From contig JBBCJC010000002.1 of NCBI GenBank assembly GCA_037189525.1, positions 1,280,001-1,344,000 on the forward strand: DNA of 64,000 bases, read 5' to 3'. This DNA is from Gemmatimonadales bacterium. Lineage in GTDB: Bacteria; Gemmatimonadota; Gemmatimonadetes; Gemmatimonadales; GWC2-71-9. The translations under genes and the position numbers were made by a program. Positions 59,031-64,000 of the stretch are shown piece after piece. Below the pieces are notes generated by a model. The model did not search any database. It had not been told where the DNA came from and saw only the letters and a list, made by a program, of their open reading frames with translations. How positions within the stretch are numbered: the stretch's first letter is position 1; every line of letters begins with the position of its first letter.

Positions 59031-59963
59031 CTAATCTCCGAGCTGCGCCTCGGTCGGGAGTGTCGCGCGAATGATTACGGTTAGCTCATCGCCAGCCTTG
59101 TCGAGGTTCGCAGGTTCCCAAATCACGGTCAGCTGGTGGCTGGTGTCGAAGTGGATATCGTTAAAAACGTCGCGACGGCATGTGTAGATGACTGGAAGCC
59201 CAACGCCTTCAGCGAAGCCTGCCTCCCAATAGGCGCCGCGATTTCCATGGGATAGATCAGCAATAAGGAACCGGCTCCGCCGGATCTCCACTCGTAGCCG
59301 GTCGTCGATCAGCCCGGCTTCGGGTTCGTCGTCGAGGCGGCGGAGATCAAAGCCGGCGCGCAAGACGGCAGGTTTGAAGGTGCTGTGGACAACGTTGTCC
59401 AGTTCCTCGTCTCCGAAGGGCATTGCCATGAAGGCGCGCTTACTAGATCTGAACGTTGAGTTCCGTAGTTGGCGGACGCTGTCCCAGCCCTTGAGCGTCA
59501 ATCCGACATCTCCCCCACTTCGTGGATACACCTTTCCATGGAGGAGCCCGCTATTGACTAACTCTCCAACGAGGTAACCGACACTCTCCGTTGTTGCACA
59601 CCCTACCAGGGCCTGGTGGGGAGGTGCATGAACAGTGATCCGATCTCCAACTGCCTCCGTGTGGTCGCTTACGAGGAAAAGGATGTTGGCTGCTTGCTCG
59701 TCAGGCGATGGAAGTGAGACGTTCTGGACAAGGCTCTCCCACAGGTGGGTCGTCAGCTTGGGTACTGTCCTGTTTTTAAGCCCGCAGAGGCGGCGGATCC
59801 CGTAGCTAAGGGCTGGGCTTCCCTTGGCGGTGCCCTTCATGAAGAGTGCAACCAGGGATCCTGTCATCTCGTAAGTACCGCACCTTGGGCACTCATAGCG
59901 CGTGACATGGCCGTTTGCCTCCGTCCGGCACTCAAGCGAACATACATGGCAGGACTCGTTCAC
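59031..59963 (-). CDS. Zn-ribbon/wHTH + nucleoside 2-deoxyribosyltransferase (TIR-like) domain protein
   Basis: CHVC..CPRCG, LTLKGW wing, AFMAMPF, IADLSHGNRGAYWEAGFA, IHFD; AAGGAG RBS. Confidence 0.8.
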   Translation of the reverse strand: MNESCHVCSLECRTEANGHVTRYECPRCGTYEMTGSLVALFMKGTAKGSPALSYGIRRLCGLKNRTVPKLTTHLWESLVQNVSLPSPDEQAANILFLVSDHTEAVGDRITVHAPPHQALVGCATTESVGYLVGELVNSGLLHGKVYPRSGGDVGLTLKGWDSVRQLRNSTFRSSKRAFMAMPFGDEELDNVVHSTFKPAVLRAGFDLRRLDDEPEAGLIDDRLRVEIRRSRFLIADLSHGNRGAYWEAGFAEGVGLPVIYTCRRDVFNDIHFDTSHQLTVIWEPANLDKAGDELTVIIRATLPTEAQLGD

Positions 59964-60087
59964 CGGTTTTAGCTCCTTGTTTGAGGCCCGCTCTGTTGAC
60001 TAATGAGGTCAATCTGTTCGCTATGAAGAGCTCGACCTTAACGCCCCCGGTGAGGAGGAGAGTGGAATCGCTCTACGGCTTCAGCTC

Positions 60088-60852
60088 TCAGCTTCTCTTG
60101 TCGCGCGCACCATCGATTCTGATCCAGTCATGAAACCGCCGTCCCAGATCGTTGATACGGACCATCTTGTTGGTCGATTTGGGATCTTGCGTTGAGGCAT
60201 CGAAGATCGTGATCAGGCCAAGGGCTTGGAGACGCAGCAGCCGAGCTCCGTAGAGTTCGTTTGGCGGGTACTTGAGTCGATCGAGGCTTGTCTCGGATCG
60301 ATAGCCCCAGAACATGTCTAGGCTGAGGGATCTCGGGAGGTCGCTTACGTTGGCTAAGGCCTCGATGTGCTCGTACTCGAGTTGGTCGAGAATTATGGCC
60401 ATCGTTCGGCCTTCATCCCGGTCGGCGGGTGCTTCGTGTCGAAGGCCATTTGCAAGGAGGGCGCCGAACGCCTCACGCTTCTTCTCGGCGCGGGCTCGCA
60501 AAGCCATGGGAAGCACCGTCAGAACGAGTTCACCCCAATCCGCTACATCCGGACGAGCCTCGGGCTCGATCGCCATCCGGTCGATGGCGTCGACGAGCCA
60601 CCAGAGGATGTGCTCTAGTCGCTCTCGGTAGCGCTGTTGACCGAACTCGCCTAACCATGGAGCAACCGCGTCGACGAGCAGCGTTAACCCAGTACTCGTC
60701 GGGGAAACCGCAGCAATGCTCGCGAGAACGCTGGCAATTCGTCCATCGCTCGTCCCTTCGAGCTCGACGAGTAGCTCGCGGATGCGTTCAGTCGGGGTTT
60801 CCGGGGGCAACCTGGCCGGGAACGGGCCATCGGGCGTACCGGGACTGCTCAC
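60088..60852 (-). CDS. Abi-alpha/DUF4393-like protein
   Basis: KREAFGALLAN, ILDQL, RLQALGLI, INDLGRRF winged-helix tail; 4-bp overlap with the repressor. Confidence 0.5.
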   Translation of the reverse strand: MSSPGTPDGPFPARLPPETPTERIRELLVELEGTSDGRIASVLASIAAVSPTSTGLTLLVDAVAPWLGEFGQQRYRERLEHILWWLVDAIDRMAIEPEARPDVADWGELVLTVLPMALRARAEKKREAFGALLANGLRHEAPADRDEGRTMAIILDQLEYEHIEALANVSDLPRSLSLDMFWGYRSETSLDRLKYPPNELYGARLLRLQALGLITIFDASTQDPKSTNKMVRINDLGRRFHDWIRIDGARDKRS

Positions 60853-61073
60853 CCCTTCTTCCCCTTCTTCGGTTCCCGCACGATCAGGTCGCCCGGCTCG
60901 ACGCCGAGGGCCGCGGCGAGTCGTTCGATTAGGTCGAGCTCGATTCGCTTTGCCCGGTTGTTCTCGAGGTCGCTAATCGTTGCTTGGCGGGTGCTCGCCT
61001 CGTCGGCTAGGCGGACCTGCGACCAGCCTTTGGCTTCACGTAGTTCCCGGAGGCGGAGGCGAATTGGTGACAT
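60849..61073 (-). CDS. Cro/CI-type (XRE) repressor
   Basis: LRELREAKGWSQVRLA..QATISDLE..LAAALGVEPGDL. Confidence 0.92.
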   Translation of the reverse strand: MSPIRLRLRELREAKGWSQVRLADEASTRQATISDLENNRAKRIELDLIERLAAALGVEPGDLIVREPKKGKKG

Positions 61074-61078
61074 ACTAC

Positions 61079-61126
61079 ATGATACGGGAAACGTATATTG
61101 ACGGCAATACGCTAGGCGTATAGCCT
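61079..61126. promoter_or_regulatory. divergent promoters with two ATACG-N5-CGTAT operators
   Basis: Operators at 61082-61096 and 61107-61121; rightward TTGACG-17-TAGCCT; leftward TTGCCG-17-TATCAT. Confidence 0.85.
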
Positions 61127-61257
61127 GGGGTCAAGAACAACGCGCCAGCCGGCTATCTCTTGGCGGAGACCGGTCTGGCGCGTGACACCAATCCCCGAAG
61201 GGTCGGCGACCGCATTCTAGCGGCGGCCGATCCGGAGGACAACACCGGAGGTGCGCC

Positions 61258-61632
61258 GTGATTCTGCAGCAAATCGCATTTCTTGGGTCGCTTTCGAGGA
61301 CCCGGCTGGTGCTAGTCGATCTGACGAAGCAGCCCGTCACCATTGATGAGCTCCGCCAAGCCGCTGCCGCCATCCGATCAGCTCGAGGTGAAATCCTCTC
61401 CGTGCCCGATATCGTTGGGTGCGAAGTCTTGATGCGCATGCGTTCCGAGGGGGTCGGGCAAGTCCTTCCGCTGGTTGATCGCATGCTGGCGACGGCGGTT
61501 CAACTGGCGCCGACGCCAAAGAGAAGGCCTCAACTACGCCGTCTCCGGGACTTGGTTGGCCGGGCGATTGAGTTTGGTCTTTGCACTGAGGAAGCCGAGG
61601 CGCAGGAGTTCCTGCGAAGCCGTCATGGCTAA
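61258..61632 (+). CDS. hypothetical early gene
   Basis: GGAGGT RBS before GTG; first ORF after the rightward promoter. Confidence 0.65.
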   Translation: MILQQIAFLGSLSRTRLVLVDLTKQPVTIDELRQAAAAIRSARGEILSVPDIVGCEVLMRMRSEGVGQVLPLVDRMLATAVQLAPTPKRRPQLRRLRDLVGRAIEFGLCTEEAEAQEFLRSRHG

Positions 61633-61903
61633 GGCAAAGCAGTCTTCGCAGGTCCAGCGCATCTATCGGATCGATCGCCCCATACCTGGGGTCGTTGGCG
61701 GTTACGACGACTACGTCGTCTTCGATCCGAAGGGTAAGGTCACCTTTACTATCTGTGTTGCCGTCGAGCGAGACCTTGAACCGGTTATTCGAGCGGCCAT
61801 CGCCAGGGGGGCATTCTCGGAAGTGATAGTAGATGACCAGCAAGAGCCTGCAGCGTCGCCGACCGCTTCGAAGAAGCCACGTATCCTTCAGATAGTTCGC
61901 TGA
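61625..61903 (+). CDS. hypothetical early gene
   Basis: 92 aa from ATG 61625, overlapping the previous stop. Confidence 0.6.
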   Translation: MAKAKQSSQVQRIYRIDRPIPGVVGGYDDYVVFDPKGKVTFTICVAVERDLEPVIRAAIARGAFSEVIVDDQQEPAASPTASKKPRILQIVR

Positions 61904-62122
61904 CCCGTGATGCCGCTGTCACTTTGCGCGGTCGTGCAGGTACGCTCGGAGATTGACCACCGGGTATCGGATCGTTCGGTGGCCTATCCGAACTTACGGA
62001 ATCGGAAGCCGTTTGAGCTGTTTCACCGTGATCGAGAGCATTCGCGCTGCGACGTCCGGTGGGACGGCCAGGACGTCGTTCGCTGGATTGTCAGAGGTTT
62101 TAGTCGAAGTCATTCGATGCTC

Positions 62123-63205
62123 CTAACGTGGTATACTCGTTCGCTTCCGAGATTCGGCCTTCAGGATCGTATTTCGGGATCGCCTGCATGCCTCGCTGCA
62201 AAGGGTTGCTTGACCACGCTTAGGAGCACGACTTCTCGAGATGAAGCGGCCGCATTGGTCACAGGCCGCGGAACTTCCGATTCCCCCAACGATTTGAAGC
62301 AGGCCGTACCCGATTGCTGCCCAAGGACCTCCAGTGTAGGCAATACGAAGCTTCGTTGGCTTGTCTTTGGTCATCGCAAGGACAGGGTAGCAACGTCCAG
62401 CTTCCATCCACCAATTGACGAAGGGTACGAGAATTTCCGTTACTTGAAGGTGGCTGCGCAACTCTGTCATGCCGGAAGTCAGCAACTTCTCCATCGTCAG
62501 GTCCATCGCGTTGGTAGTTCGTGGCGAATCCTTTCCGAAGGCGATTGCCCGCCAACGATCGATGCCTGCCTCTCCAACGGATTCTGGTATTCCATCGACG
62601 TAGACCAGGTCCCTCTCCTTTGCGACCCATCGTCCCAAGAACCGCCCCCAATGAGCTTCCAAAGGCGCAAGGTCCTTGGCGATCGCCCGGCGGGCTTGCG
62701 TGCTCAGGGTTGTATGCTCGCGCAGGTACTCCGCTCCTCGAACGACGGCCCAAGCAAGAGCAGCATAGCGGTAGTACGCGGAGCATGGTTCCCCAGTAAT
62801 CTCAGTTATGGTGCCGTCCTTACCCTCCACTCCTTTGAGCTGTTGATGCTGAGCCCAGCCGGCCGGCCACTCGTTGTCGTCCAAACCCAAGTATCCGTAT
62901 CGGCTTACGAACGAGCGGATTGTCTCACTTTGGCCGCCGTGGATGCCGAGAAAGTCGCGAAGAATGTTCCTGGTTGTAACCGACTGGCTGCTCCTGTCGA
63001 TCAGCACACGCTGCAAGTCCTCAATCGACGGTGCGTCCGGATGTCCGGATGCATCGAAATTCATCGAACGATATCGAAGATGAACGCGCTGCTCCCTTTG
63101 TCGGAGCTCGGCTCCAATTGGGGGGCCGGCTGCCCCTCGTACGACAATGGAGGCTCCGATATCGATGCCCATGCATCGCTTCAGTATCTGCTTTCGTGTT
63201 GGCAT
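62123..63205 (-). CDS. CGNR-like zinc-finger protein
   Basis: IRSFVSRYGYLGL and C-terminal CDQCGRF..LCSEACR. Start uncertain. Confidence 0.65.
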   Translation of the reverse strand: MPTRKQILKRCMGIDIGASIVVRGAAGPPIGAELRQREQRVHLRYRSMNFDASGHPDAPSIEDLQRVLIDRSSQSVTTRNILRDFLGIHGGQSETIRSFVSRYGYLGLDDNEWPAGWAQHQQLKGVEGKDGTITEITGEPCSAYYRYAALAWAVVRGAEYLREHTTLSTQARRAIAKDLAPLEAHWGRFLGRWVAKERDLVYVDGIPESVGEAGIDRWRAIAFGKDSPRTTNAMDLTMEKLLTSGMTELRSHLQVTEILVPFVNWWMEAGRCYPVLAMTKDKPTKLRIAYTGGPWAAIGYGLLQIVGGIGSSAACDQCGRFISRSRAPKRGQATLCSEACRRSRNTILKAESRKRTSIPR

Positions 63206-63225
63206 GTCACGATTAGTCACGAATA
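63206..63225 (+). repeat. 10-bp tandem repeat GTCACGAWTA x2
   Basis: GTCACGATTA-GTCACGAATA in the divergent intergenic region. Confidence 0.55.
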
Positions 63226-63301
63226 GATGAGAACGACACCTTTGCCCAACGCAAGATAGGTGATGTAGTGTCTGTGTGTACATATACAGCTTGAGGGAAC
63301 G

Positions 63302-63487
63302 ATGGTGGAATTGCGATTTATCCCGGCGCCGGAAGCGGCAGTAGCGGCGAGCATCTCCCGTGAACGGATCATCCGCCTGGTTCAGCGGGGCGAAATCAAT
63401 GGGCGGCTCGTCAGTGGCAGATGGCAGGTCGCCGAGGGCGAGGTCGAGCGGTTGCGTCAGCGCGCTGCCCAGGCTGCCGACACATGA
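63302..63487 (+). CDS. excisionase-like HTH protein (HTH_17)
   Basis: EAA..SISRERIIRLVQRGEINGRLVSGRWQV..EVERL. Confidence 0.8.
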   Translation: MVELRFIPAPEAAVAASISRERIIRLVQRGEINGRLVSGRWQVAEGEVERLRQRAAQAADT

Positions 63488-64000
63488 AATCCCGCGCCTC
63501 AGTTGCCGAATCGACCGTGGTACATACAACTGCCGCGCCGCCTAGGCGGGTCGATTTCGTCCGGGTTTTCGATGCGGCGCGTGCGATTGGTGTTCCATTC
63601 GATGGAGGTCCGGGTGAGGACTTGACCATACGTCGAAACTGGGATGTGATCGACCTTGCCGGGATGGCGGTTGTGCGACGCGCCGTTCTGGTCGAGCGCG
63701 GCCTCGAGCCCGAAACACGCCTCATTCTCTCAATCGATGAAAGTTGGTTGTCGCCGGTTCCGGATGACTTGGTTGCGCGCCAAACACCCGGTCCAGTCGG
63801 TCGCGACGTCACCTTCGGGGGCGGCGCAAGCGTTCCTCGGGGGACGATCATCGTCGACCGTGACGGATTTTTTGAGCCTCTGGCAGTCGCAGATGACCTC
63901 GCGTTTGTTCGCGGCGTCCTCCTCCGAGAGCTGCCGTCACTGGAATCATTGCGGCCGGCGACTGTCATCGTTCGGGGGGGCGTAAACCGTCATGCGCTCC
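63484..64000 (+). CDS. hypothetical protein, partial (runs off the window)
   Basis: ATGA-coupled to the Xis-like gene; frame MKSRASVAES.. stays open to the window end. Confidence 0.6.
   Translation, partial: MKSRASVAESTVVHTTAAPPRRVDFVRVFDAARAIGVPFDGGPGEDLTIRRNWDVIDLAGMAVVRRAVLVERGLEPETRLILSIDESWLSPVPDDLVARQTPGPVGRDVTFGGGASVPRGTIIVDRDGFFEPLAVADDLAFVRGVLLRELPSLESLRPATVIVRGGVNRHAL

Larger units (their letters stand above)
54991..64000. mobile_element. tRNA-Pro-integrated element (prophage, satellite or IME), truncated by the window edge
   Basis: tRNA fragment, arm-type repeats, visibly less GC-biased codon use, Cro/CI switch, Xis-like genes, defence-like cargo. Integrase not in window. Confidence 0.85.

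Noticed and set aside
61907..63226. 439 aa plus-strand ORF
   Set aside because: Antisense to the zinc-finger gene, no recognisable motifs; probable shadow ORF.
1..64000. CRISPR array, rRNA, IS transposase, reverse transcriptase
   Set aside because: None seen by eye; short degenerate arrays could have been missed.

Overview
High-GC bacterial chromosome segment. The gene content (type IV pilus cluster, ADOP-type permease, barrel-less plug protein, Tricorn protease) suggests Gemmatimonadota, which is an inference. 1-15.5 kb is core: two tandem type IV pilins behind a sigma-54 promoter, a degenerate NtrC/PilR-type regulator, minor pilins, pilMNOPQ, aroC-aroK-trmFO-xerC-hslVU. 15.5-54.9 kb mixes housekeeping and envelope genes: two amidohydrolase paralogs, Tricorn protease, a Phd-VapC toxin-antitoxin pair, a MacAB-type exporter, rho-ruvX-mltG-HMG-CoA lyase-scoAB, a site-2 protease with a stand-alone HisKA mini-protein, a hybrid kinase, a TonB receptor, an MFS transporter, a ClpN/HTH pair, an L,D-transpeptidase and tRNA-Arg(CCG). 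Three orphan 3' gene remnants (ALDH, Acg nitroreductase, MocR) also lie here. At 54991-55032 the 3' half of a tRNA-Pro(CGG) gene marks the att boundary of an integrated element that runs off the right edge. It carries a translationally coupled three-gene HEPN module, a leaderless Cro/CI repressor with a lambda-like two-operator switch heading a run of defence-like genes (Abi-alpha-like, Zn-ribbon/NDT-like, Zn-ribbon/DUF4145-like, small partner), a CGNR-like zinc-finger gene and an excisionase-like gene. This cargo is the best candidate for an undescribed system. All family calls come from motif recognition by eye; no searches were run.
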